A stretch of DNA of 64,000 nucleotides from an uncultured Acidobacteriota bacterium (lineage in GTDB: Bacteria > Acidobacteriota > Thermoanaerobaculia > Multivoradales > SZUA-115), in assembly GCA_963805975.1 (NCBI GenBank), contig CAWDVR010000002.1, positions 288,001 to 352,000 of the forward strand, written 5' to 3'. The notes beneath the pieces were generated by a model. The model was given only the letters and a program-made list of their open reading frames with translations. It made no database searches and was not told where the DNA came from. Positions 46,416-54,781 of the stretch are shown piece by piece (within the stretch, counting starts at the first letter, position 1; the number at the start of each line of letters is the position of its first letter). A program made the translations under genes and the position numbers.

Positions 46416-47495
46416 CTACAGCGCCAGGGCGCAACCCAGTTTCAAGAAAAAGGTGCGGTCTCGGCGCACCAGATCGAGGCTCTGGTTGCCGATCGAGGTG
46501 TCGGAGTAACCAGCGAAGAGAACGGTTGTACACCAGGCGGACCTGCGACAGGTGGGCCCGAAAGGCCTCCCCACGTCGAGCTGGGCGACGTCGGCCTCGA
46601 CCTGCGAGAAGTCGGGATTGACGGCGGCGCTGAGGGTGAAGTTGGTGGTCAACCCCCAGCGTGCCGAGAGCCCCAGCTCGGTGTCCTCAGCGCCGGAGGA
46701 TAGCCCACCCTCCGGGAAGGGATCTCGCCGGTCGGTGCGGATCACGGTCGCGGTGGGGGCGGGCTCCAGATTGCGGCCCGGCTTCATTCCCGAGAAGCCC
46801 GACACCTTGTCCACCTGGCAGAGGATGCAGCCCTGATTGCGGTCGCGCGGCCAGGCGAGCAGGCGATGGCGCACGTTGCGCGGATAGGAGCGGCCGACGT
46901 CGAAGCCCCAGGTCTGGGCCTCGCCGGTGCCGGGAAAACGGAGCTGGGCGAAGGGGATCTCCACCTCGACCACGTAGCCCTCGCCGGTAATGCGGCCCGC
47001 CGAGGCCCAGATCATGTCGAAGGAGAAGTCCTCGATCCCCTCGTTCTTCGAGAAGATCGCGTCGGCCTGCACGCCCAGCGGGTCGATGCGGAACTGGAAA
47101 CCACGGCGCTCGTCGTTGAAGGGGTCGAGCATCAGCACCACGTGGTCGTCCTGGATGAAGGTCTCGATGGCGTCCCGATCCATCAGATGCGCGCGGATCT
47201 CGGCCGGCCTGGGGTCGTGGCAGATCCAGGCCACGTAGAGGCGGGCCTCGTCGTAGGTGACGAGGAACTCGGTCTCGACCGGCGCCGGCACATTGTCGTC
47301 GGGGAACCACTCGTAGGGCAGGTCGTAACGGACGGCTTGCGCCCAGGCGGGCTCTTCCAGCCTGCCGTCGATCACGATCTCCGAGGTCGCGGGGCGGACC
47401 TGGAGTTGGCGCGGCCCCTTCTCGGGCTCCCCCTCGAGCGCGGTCGGCGCCGAACCGAGAATGACCAGGGAGAGCAAGGGGAAGAAGCGCAGCAT
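46416..47495 (-). pseudogene. CBM9-like/DUF5916-type outer-membrane protein, apparently internally deleted
   Basis: Signal peptide, IDGRLEE..W, LDPFND.RR..F, W.SAG, NPDFSQVEAD, then a short unrelated stretch and a C-terminus-like TVLFAGYSD..RTFFLKLG; only 359 aa. Confidence 0.6.
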
Positions 47496-47560
47496 GATCC
47501 TTCCACGGAAGCCTTGCAGCTCCCTAAGACGGGATCACGAGCGAAAAGTTTGCGCGGAAA

Positions 47561-47635
47561 TGGAGCGGGAGACGGGATTCGAACCCGCGACCAACGGCTT
47601 GGAAGGCCGTGACTCTACCCCTGAGTTACTCCCGC
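47561..47635 (-). tRNA. tRNA-Gly(TCC)
   Basis: GCGGGAG acceptor, ACGGC-CTTCCAA-GCCGT arm, GGTTCGAATCC, CCA. Confidence 0.96.
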
Positions 47636-47695
47636 GAAGGGCGGTCAGGCGACGCCGGCCGAACGAGCCGGTGCGCCGAGTGCACAGAAAGAAAA

Positions 47696-47782
47696 TGGTG
47701 GAGGCGGATGGATTTGAACCACCGTAGGGCTTTGCCCGGCAGATTTACAGTCTGCTGCCATTGACCACTCGGCCACGCCTCC
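47696..47782 (-). tRNA. tRNA-Tyr(GTA)
   Basis: GGAGGCG acceptor, GCAGA-CTGTAAA-TCTGC arm, long variable arm, CCA. Confidence 0.96.
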
Positions 47783-47821
47783 ACGGTCCTGTCAAAGACT
47801 TGCTCCTCATGCGGCATGCCC

Positions 47822-47896
47822 TGGAGCCGACACTCGGATTTGAACCGAGGACCTACGGTTTACAAGACCGTTGCTCTACCCCTGAGCTATGCCGGC
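47822..47896 (-). tRNA. tRNA-Thr(TGT)
   Basis: GCCGGCA acceptor, ACGGT-CTTGTAA-ACCGT arm, GGTTCAAATCC, CCA. Confidence 0.96.
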
Positions 47897-47950
47897 GGTC
47901 CTCGCGAGCACCGCGCTACCGCTCGTGAGCTTCCACTCCAAAGCCGCAAG

Positions 47951-47980
47951 AGTGTAGCCGCTTCCAGACGGGCGCCGCAA
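47951..47980 (-). promoter_or_regulatory. Possible promoter of the tRNA Thr-Tyr-Gly cluster
   Basis: TTGCGG-18 bp-TACACT on the - strand. Confidence 0.45.
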
Positions 47981-48044
47981 GCGCGACGCGGCCAGGAGGC
48001 GGCAAGCCGCGGCCCCTGGCGACGAACGCCGCGCGAAGGTCAGC

Positions 48045-48485
48045 CTACAGGCTGCGCTTCTTGGCTCGCAGGTTGCGGCGACTGCCCTTGCTCTTGCCGC
48101 CCGGGCCTCCTCCGCCTCCGGGCCGGCCGCCACCACCGCCGCCGCCGCCGAACCCGCCGCCGAAGCCGCCAAAGTCACCGAAGTCCCCCGACGGGGGCGG
48201 TCCGAAGCTCGGGCGCCGCCCTCCGTCCGGTCGCGGCGGGCGGTCTTCAGCCAGGTTCACCTTGAGGGGGCGTCCGCCGAGGTCCCGGCCGTTGAACAGC
48301 CGGATCGCCGCCTCTGCCTGCTCCTGGCTCGCGAACTCCACGAACGCGAAGCCGCGCGGGCGCCCGGTGGCCCGGTCGTTCGGCAGGAAGACGTCGATCA
48401 CCTCCCCGGCCTCGGCCAAGGCACGGGAAAGCTCGTCTCGGGTGGTGCTGAACGCGAGGTTGCCGACGAAAACTTTGCTGGGAAT
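48045..48485 (-). CDS. RRM-domain RNA-binding protein with Gly-rich, basic tail (probable ATT start)
   Basis: RNP2 VFVGNL, RNP1 RGFAFVEF, GR.LKVN.A; AAGGAG 7 nt upstream of ATT at 48485. Confidence 0.9.
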   Translation of the reverse strand: MPSKVFVGNLAFSTTRDELSRALAEAGEVIDVFLPNDRATGRPRGFAFVEFASQEQAEAAIRLFNGRDLGGRPLKVNLAEDRPPRPDGGRRPSFGPPPSGDFGDFGGFGGGFGGGGGGGGRPGGGGGPGGKSKGSRRNLRAKKRSL

Positions 48486-48604
48486 GACGCCACTCCTTCT
48501 TGATGAACGCCCGCCGCCTGACGGGGCCCGGTTGCAATGGGCTTCCACGGAGCCGTTCCGCGGAAAATCACCGCCGATACTACCCCGAGGCGGGGCAGTT
48601 CGCG

Positions 48605-51046
48605 TCAGCCATCGCGCAGACTGAGCAACGGGTCCACTCGCGCCGCCTTGCGGGCGGGAAGGTAGCAGGCGGCGAGAGAGACCACGGCGAGGATCGCGGT
48701 CACCCCTCCCAGGGTGGCGGGGTCGGCGGGCGCGACGCCGAAAAGGAAGCGGGAGAGCAGCCGCCCGACGGCGAGCGCGCCCGCAAAACCGGCGGCGAGC
48801 CCGATGGCCGTGAGCTTCATGCCTTCGCCGATCACCAGCCGCAGGAGATCGGCCCGGCCGGCGCCGAGCGCGAGCCGCAGGCCGAGCTCCTTGGCGCGGC
48901 GGCCGACGGCGAAGGCGAGCACGCCGTAGAGGCCCACGGCGGCGAGCGCCAGGGCGAGCAGCGCCGAGAAGCCGGAGAGGCCCGCCGCCATGCGCTCCGC
49001 GACCAGCGTGCCAGTAAAGAACTGCGCCAGCACCGCCGGCTGGACCACCGGCACTCGGGGGTCGAGCTGACGCACCACCGCCTCGAGGTCCGGCAACCGC
49101 GCCAGGGGATCGCCGGCAACGCGGGCGAGGAGCGCCATGCTCCCGCCCAGGCTCGACGCCGGCACCTGCCGGTGCTCGAGGAAGACGGCCGGCCGCGCCC
49201 CTTCGCGCAGGGACTCGGTGGCCGCGTCCTCGGCCAGGCCCACCACCTCGAAGTAGGGCCCGCCGGGGCCGTTGAAGCTCAGTCGTTGACCGACCGCCGG
49301 ACGCCCGGCCCAGCCTTCGAGGGCCCGCCCCGCCGCGCGGTTCACGACCACGGCCAGGGGCCGGCCCTCGCCGTCCTGATCACCCAGCGCGCGGCCGGCA
49401 AGGAGCGGGATGCCCAGGGCGGCGAAGTAGTCGCCGCCGACCACGCTGACGTAGAGCATGCGCTCTCCTTCGGCGACCGGCGGCGCGCCCTCCACGGTCA
49501 CCGAGTTGGTGTCCGCGCCCTGTCCGGGCAAGGAGCTGGCGAAACCCACCGCCGCGACGCCGGGAAGGGCCGCCAGCCGCTCGCGGAGCCGGCGGTAGAA
49601 GTCTCGGCTCTCCTCGGCGCTGTAGCCTTCGAGCTGCGGGTCGAAACCTGCCACCAGCACCTCCTCGGCCGCGAAGCCCGAGGCTCCCTGCAGAGCGGAG
49701 AGGGTGCGGGTGAAGAGGCCGGCGGTGGCGAGCAGCACCAGCGACAGGGCGACCTGCGCCACCACCAGGATACGGGACAGAGCCTGCCCGCGTGCGCCGC
49801 CGACGCTCCCCGCCTCATCGCGCAGCACCGGCGCGACCGCCAGCCGCCGCGCGCGGATGCCGGGTGCCAAGGAGAACAGCAGGGCCGAAGCGAGGGAGGC
49901 GGCGGCCGCGAAGGCCACCACCCGGCCGTCCGGCGTCAGGTCGGGCTCGAAGGCGGCCAGGGAGGAAGCCAGCAGGTCGCCGGCCCACAGGGCCGCGAGT
50001 AACGAGAGGGCGCCGCCGGCCGCCGCCAACAGCAGGCCTTCGAGCAGCAGATGGCCCACCAGCCGGGCGTTGCTCGCACCCAGGGCGCGGCGCACCGCGA
50101 GCTCCCGCCGGCGCTGGATGCCGCGCGCCAGCATCAGGTTCGAGACGTTGACCGACGTGGTGAGCAGGACCAGTGCCGCCACCCCCATGAGCAGGGCGGA
50201 GAACGAGACCACCTGGCCGCGCATGGAGGGCGACAGGGAGGCCTTGTCGAAGGGCACCAGCACCGGCTGGCGGCCACGGCTCTCGGGATGCTCCCGGCCG
50301 ATGCCGGCCGCCACTCGCTCGAGGTCGGCACGCGCCGCCTCGAGCGAGACCCCGGCCCGCAACCGGCCGACCATGTGGATACCGCTCCAGTTACGGTTCA
50401 ACAGCAACGCTTGACTGCCGGGCATGAACACCGGCTGCTGGGTGATCGGCACGAAGACCTCCGGCCTGGTGCTCCACACCACGCCGCGGAAGCCCTCGGG
50501 CGCCACGCCCACCACCTCGAAGTCGCGGCCATTCAGGGTCACCGACCTGCCCACCGCACCGGGGTCGGCCCCGAAGCGGTCGCGCCACAGGCCGTGGCTC
50601 AAGACGGCCACCGCCGCACCGCCCTCGGGCTGGTCCTCCCCGGCCACGAAGAAGCGCCCGGCCGCGGGCGTGAGGCCGAGGGCCGTGAAGTAGTCCGCGC
50701 TCACCAGCGCGCCGCTCAGCCGGTCGCTGCGCTCGCCCGCCGTCAGGTCCAGCCCCAGGTGCTTGTAGGCGGCGAGGCCGGCGAAGGTCGAGCTCTCGCG
50801 GCGCAGGTCCACGAAGTCGGCATAGGAGGAGACGCCCGGGGCCCGCTCCTCGCGCGTGAAGACGGCCACCAGCTCCTGCGGGTCGGGGATCGCGGGCAGG
50901 GGCCGGAGCAGCAGGGCGTTGACCACCGTGAAGACCGTGGTGTTGACGCCCAGCCCCAGGGCCAGCGTGGCGAGGATGGTCACCGAGAGGCCGGGGCTCT
51001 TCGCCAGTCCCCGGACCGCCAGTCGAACTTCGTTGAGCAGGGCCAT
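48605..51046 (-). CDS. Duplicated MacB/FtsX-type ABC permease (ADOP-like, orphan)
   Basis: LALGLG.NTTVF..VN..LLRPLP, NVSNL.LAR...RRRELAVR.ALGA, LVVAQVALS, GLYGV....V..R.KELGLR.ALGA, PARKAARVDP; no adjacent ATPase. Confidence 0.92.
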   Translation of the reverse strand: MALLNEVRLAVRGLAKSPGLSVTILATLALGLGVNTTVFTVVNALLLRPLPAIPDPQELVAVFTREERAPGVSSYADFVDLRRESSTFAGLAAYKHLGLDLTAGERSDRLSGALVSADYFTALGLTPAAGRFFVAGEDQPEGGAAVAVLSHGLWRDRFGADPGAVGRSVTLNGRDFEVVGVAPEGFRGVVWSTRPEVFVPITQQPVFMPGSQALLLNRNWSGIHMVGRLRAGVSLEAARADLERVAAGIGREHPESRGRQPVLVPFDKASLSPSMRGQVVSFSALLMGVAALVLLTTSVNVSNLMLARGIQRRRELAVRRALGASNARLVGHLLLEGLLLAAAGGALSLLAALWAGDLLASSLAAFEPDLTPDGRVVAFAAAASLASALLFSLAPGIRARRLAVAPVLRDEAGSVGGARGQALSRILVVAQVALSLVLLATAGLFTRTLSALQGASGFAAEEVLVAGFDPQLEGYSAEESRDFYRRLRERLAALPGVAAVGFASSLPGQGADTNSVTVEGAPPVAEGERMLYVSVVGGDYFAALGIPLLAGRALGDQDGEGRPLAVVVNRAAGRALEGWAGRPAVGQRLSFNGPGGPYFEVVGLAEDAATESLREGARPAVFLEHRQVPASSLGGSMALLARVAGDPLARLPDLEAVVRQLDPRVPVVQPAVLAQFFTGTLVAERMAAGLSGFSALLALALAAVGLYGVLAFAVGRRAKELGLRLALGAGRADLLRLVIGEGMKLTAIGLAAGFAGALAVGRLLSRFLFGVAPADPATLGGVTAILAVVSLAACYLPARKAARVDPLLSLRDG

Positions 51047-51233
51047 CGTCGCTCCTCCCGTCCCGCGCAGGACGCGTTGCGGCGCCGGCAGTGCAAGCCA
51101 CGAACCAGCGCGCCGGAGGCCGAAAGACGGCGAAGAAGGGTAACCGGGCGCCTCGCGGCTCGGCGCGCTGTGCGGACCTGGGACGTGGCAGTCCCAGGTC
51201 CGGTACGCCGCGCTGCTTTCTCTGGGAGGGCTG

Positions 51234-53108
51234 CTAGATCAGATCCCGGAGGGTCAGCACCACATTGCGGCTCGCCCCCCCGCGCTCGACGGTCAGCTCG
51301 ATGTCGCTTCCTACAGGGCGCGTGCGGAACATGATGCGCAGGTCGGCGAGCGAGAGGCCCGCCGCCGGCCGGCCGTTGACGGCGGTGATCGCGTCGCCCA
51401 CCGCGAGACCGGCCGCCGCCGCCGGGCCGCCGGCCACCACGTCCTCCACCGTGAAGCGATCGGCGCGGCCGCCAGCGTCTCGGGAGAGGTTGACCCAAAT
51501 GCCGGCGCGGTCGTAGGGCTCCGGCTTGTCGAACGAGTCGTTGGGCTCGAGGATCATCTGCTTGCGGCCGTAGTCGAAGACCACCGTGAACCGCTTGAGC
51601 ACGCCGCCGCCCACGTTGCCGGCGAGGTAGGGGTCGGCAAATGCGCCCTTCTGGACCTGCGGCAGGTCGAGGAGCGGCGCCGGCACCCCGACAGTGCCCA
51701 GCTCGAGCAGCCCGGCACGGGCCAGGAGCCCGCGCACGCCACCGCCCACGCCCCAGCCGGTGAGCGCCTCGAGGGTGGCGCCGTACTTCTCCCGCAGGCG
51801 GTGCTCGGCGGCGAACGGCGCGTGCACCGAGAGCGAGGCGCGGCTGCCGGTGTCGATCGAGAAGGTGCCGGGGATGCCGTCGAGCTTGCCCTGGACCTGC
51901 GGCGTGCGGTCCTTGAAGGTGAACGGCACGGCCACCCCCTGGCCGCGATACTGGAAAGCCTCCGGGCGGGTGAGAGTCAGCCGCCGGCCGGCGTAGTCGA
52001 TGGTCACCACCAGGCGCTGGAAGACCTCGAAGCCCACCAGGCCCGCGAGCTCCACACCTTCGACGCTCTCCAGGTTGGCGAGCGGCAGCACGAAGAAGAG
52101 CTGGTCTCTGAGCCGCAGCTTGCCGAGCCCCACCTCACCGACGTGGGTCAGCTCGAGCTCCTCGGTCCCCTCGCCGGAGCCCCGCGCCTCGAACGAGCCC
52201 TGGGTCTCGAGGCCGAGCGCCTTGACGGTCGCGGGAGTCAGCACGTTGGCGCCGCCGGTGTCGACCAGCATACGGAACGGCCCTTTGCCCTCGAGCATGA
52301 TCCGCGCGTAGATGTGGTTGTTGATCAGCTCGAAGGGCACGGTGGTGGCGACCTTCTCGTCCTCGAAGGAGAAGTCCGTGACCTTCGACTCGGGCACGCG
52401 GTAGGCGTCCGCGGCCGTCTGGCGATCGAGCTCGACCGCGACCGCCCGCGCCACCTGGTCGTAGCGCGCCTGGCCGGTCGACGAGCGCTGCACGAAAGGC
52501 AGCCGCACGCCGGCCACCGGCCGGTAGTCGGAGAACCGGCGGGTGCTGGTGCGGGTCGGACCGTGGTCGACGGTGCGGTCGAGCAGGAGGCTCTCGGCGT
52601 CGAGCCAGAGCTCGAGCGCGCGGCCTCGCTCGGGCGTCACCGACAGCACCTCGAACGACCGCTCCCCCTCCCGCTCGCGGCGCGCGTAGACGACCTTCGC
52701 CGGCCAGCGTTCGGGGAAGAAGTGCCCCAGGCAACGCAGGTAGGCCTCGTTGGCGGCTTCCTCGGCGCTCTCGCGGTCGTCCGTGACGTGGACCTGGCCG
52801 GAGCCGTCGCGCGACCACGACGCCGCGCCGTCGAAGCCGGCCGTGCCCTCGACCGGCCCCAGCTCGAAGGTCGAGGTCATGCGGCCGGCCACCAGGTCTT
52901 CCCACACCTCGGCGGCGCCGGTGAGGCCGCCGGCCTCGACCTCCGCCCTGGTGTAGAGGGTCCGCTTGCCGTCCCAGGCGGCTCCGCCGGAAGCCTCCTT
53001 GGCACGCGCCAGGAGGGCTCGCGGGTCGGGAGGCGGCTCCGCGGCCCGCAGCGGGCCAACCCCGCCAAGACAGGCCAGAAACATCAGGACATAGAGGAGG
53101 CTCCGCAT
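51234..53108 (-). CDS. Secreted protein with two retropepsin-like aspartyl protease domains and a C-terminal PDZ domain
   Basis: ATG at 53108 plus signal peptide; LVDTGG and IDTGS motifs; GPAAAAGL..GD.I..VNG. Confidence 0.85.
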   Translation of the reverse strand: MRSLLYVLMFLACLGGVGPLRAAEPPPDPRALLARAKEASGGAAWDGKRTLYTRAEVEAGGLTGAAEVWEDLVAGRMTSTFELGPVEGTAGFDGAASWSRDGSGQVHVTDDRESAEEAANEAYLRCLGHFFPERWPAKVVYARREREGERSFEVLSVTPERGRALELWLDAESLLLDRTVDHGPTRTSTRRFSDYRPVAGVRLPFVQRSSTGQARYDQVARAVAVELDRQTAADAYRVPESKVTDFSFEDEKVATTVPFELINNHIYARIMLEGKGPFRMLVDTGGANVLTPATVKALGLETQGSFEARGSGEGTEELELTHVGEVGLGKLRLRDQLFFVLPLANLESVEGVELAGLVGFEVFQRLVVTIDYAGRRLTLTRPEAFQYRGQGVAVPFTFKDRTPQVQGKLDGIPGTFSIDTGSRASLSVHAPFAAEHRLREKYGATLEALTGWGVGGGVRGLLARAGLLELGTVGVPAPLLDLPQVQKGAFADPYLAGNVGGGVLKRFTVVFDYGRKQMILEPNDSFDKPEPYDRAGIWVNLSRDAGGRADRFTVEDVVAGGPAAAAGLAVGDAITAVNGRPAAGLSLADLRIMFRTRPVGSDIELTVERGGASRNVVLTLRDLI

Positions 53109-53141
53109 GGTGGTCTCCGTTCCTTGAATCCGCGTGAAGAG

Positions 53142-53212
53142 TGGGTTCCCGCTTTCGCGGGAACGACGTCTATGGAGGCGCTGTTCGTCATGCCCGCGAA
53201 AGCGGGCATCCA
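53142..53212. repeat. Inverted pair of GTCATTCCCGCGAAAGCGGGAA-family repeats (copy 2)
   Basis: tgggttcccgctttcgcgggaacgac ... gtcatgcccgcgaaagcgggcatcca. Confidence 0.85.
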
Positions 53213-53242
53213 CCCGGTCCGGCGTTCGAGAATCGCGTGACG

Positions 53243-54097
53243 CTACCGGCCGAAGCGGCGCTGGCGCTGATGGTACGAGCGCAGGGCTCGCAGGAGGTCG
53301 ATGCGGCGGAAGGCGGGCCAGTGCGTGTCGCAGAAGTAGAACTCCGCGTAGGCGCTCTGCCACAGCAGGAAGCCGGACATCCGCACCTCGCCGCTGGTGC
53401 GCAGGATGAGATCCGGCTCGGGCAGCCCGGAGGTGTAGAGGTAGGGCTCGATGGCCCGGTCGTCGAAGCTCGCCAGCACCTCGGCCACCGAGCGGCCGTT
53501 CTTCGCGTGGTCGGCGAGGTAGCGGCGGAAGGCCTCGCTGATCTCCTCGCGGCCGCCGTAGGCCATGGCGATGTTGAGCTGGAAGCGGTCGTAGCCGGCG
53601 GTGGCGCGCTCGGCGTTGGCGATCGCCTGCCGCAGGCCCTCGGGCAGGAGCTCGAGCTTGCCCAGGTAGCGCACCCGCACCTGGTTGGTGTGCACGTCCG
53701 AATGCTCGGCCAGTCGCCGGGTCTCGCGCTCGAAGAGGTGCAGCAGGGTCTCGACCTCGCTGGTGTCGCGGTTGAGGTTGTCGAGCGAGAAGCTCCAGAC
53801 CGTGACCACCGGGATGCCGAACTCGTAGCACCAGGACAGAACCTCGCGCAGCTTCTCGGCGCCGCGCGCGTGGCCGTCGGACGGGTTCGAGAACCCCGAC
53901 TCGCGGGCGAACCGGCGGTTGCCGTCCATGATGATGCCGATGTGGTGCGGGACTCGCCAGCCGGCCACCTCGGAGGCCAGATGGCGCTCGTAGAGGGCGT
54001 AGAACGGACGCTTGACGAGGCCCTTGGCGATCTGCCAGACGATGGGCAGGCGCCGCGTGTGACGCTGCGCCTCACGAGATGCGATCGGCGTATCCAG
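53243..54097 (-). CDS. uppS: cis-prenyltransferase (UppS family); probable CTG start at 54097 (track start 53968)
   Basis: HIGIIMDGNRRFA, FSLDNLNR, YGGREEI, PDLILRTSGE.R.SGFLLWQ..Y.E, R.RRFG. Confidence 0.9.
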   Translation of the reverse strand: MDTPIASREAQRHTRRLPIVWQIAKGLVKRPFYALYERHLASEVAGWRVPHHIGIIMDGNRRFARESGFSNPSDGHARGAEKLREVLSWCYEFGIPVVTVWSFSLDNLNRDTSEVETLLHLFERETRRLAEHSDVHTNQVRVRYLGKLELLPEGLRQAIANAERATAGYDRFQLNIAMAYGGREEISEAFRRYLADHAKNGRSVAEVLASFDDRAIEPYLYTSGLPEPDLILRTSGEVRMSGFLLWQSAYAEFYFCDTHWPAFRRIDLLRALRSYHQRQRRFGR

Positions 54098-54256
54098 GTG
54101 AAGGTTCCTCGGAGGGGAAACCGAGCGCTGGCTCGGCGACCGGGCTGATACTAACAGTCCCGCGGCAGTGACGCTCCGAGACGCCGGCAGAACGGCCGGC
54201 GAAACGTGCTCTTTCGATTACAGTAGGGCCATCTTCTCTACTGAAAGGAGTGTCGA

Positions 54257-54679
54257 ATGAGCGGGAAGGAATTCATGCCGAAGGTGTACCGACTCGACGT
54301 GGTGGTGGACTTCACCGACCCCGACAACCCCACCTGGGGGTTCCATACGGGGGCTGTCGAGACCGACACCATCACCATCGACGCTTACCTGAGCATCCTC
54401 TACCTCTACTTGGAGCCGAGAGGAGTGCCGGACCCCGAAAACGTCGTCTTCGCCTCGAACGTCCAGTGGAAGGACAGCGCGGGCAGGCCGGCCGCCAACC
54501 CCAGTTGCCTGGCGGTGCAGCGGCAGAACGATCACGTGATGTCGATCGTCGACGTCAACGGCGAGATCTCGCGCCTCGACGAGGAGCAGGCGTTCTCCTT
54601 TTTCGTGAGCGTGCTCTACGGCGCCCGGATGTATTCCTCGCCGGACCCGACGATCATCAATCGCGAGCCCCCGCCGTAG
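54257..54679 (+). CDS. DP-EP-family-like small beta protein
   Basis: AAGGAG SD; beta-rich sequence ending YSSPDPTIINREPPP. Confidence 0.6.
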   Translation: MSGKEFMPKVYRLDVVVDFTDPDNPTWGFHTGAVETDTITIDAYLSILYLYLEPRGVPDPENVVFASNVQWKDSAGRPAANPSCLAVQRQNDHVMSIVDVNGEISRLDEEQAFSFFVSVLYGARMYSSPDPTIINREPPP

Positions 54680-54781
54680 GCCATCCGAGAGAGCCGGCTT
54701 CGCGGCGGCAGGCGGGGCCGCCGCCCTGGCGCGCGCCGGCAGGCGAGGATCTCGCCCCAGGGGAAGGAGCGTTCGAGGGTT

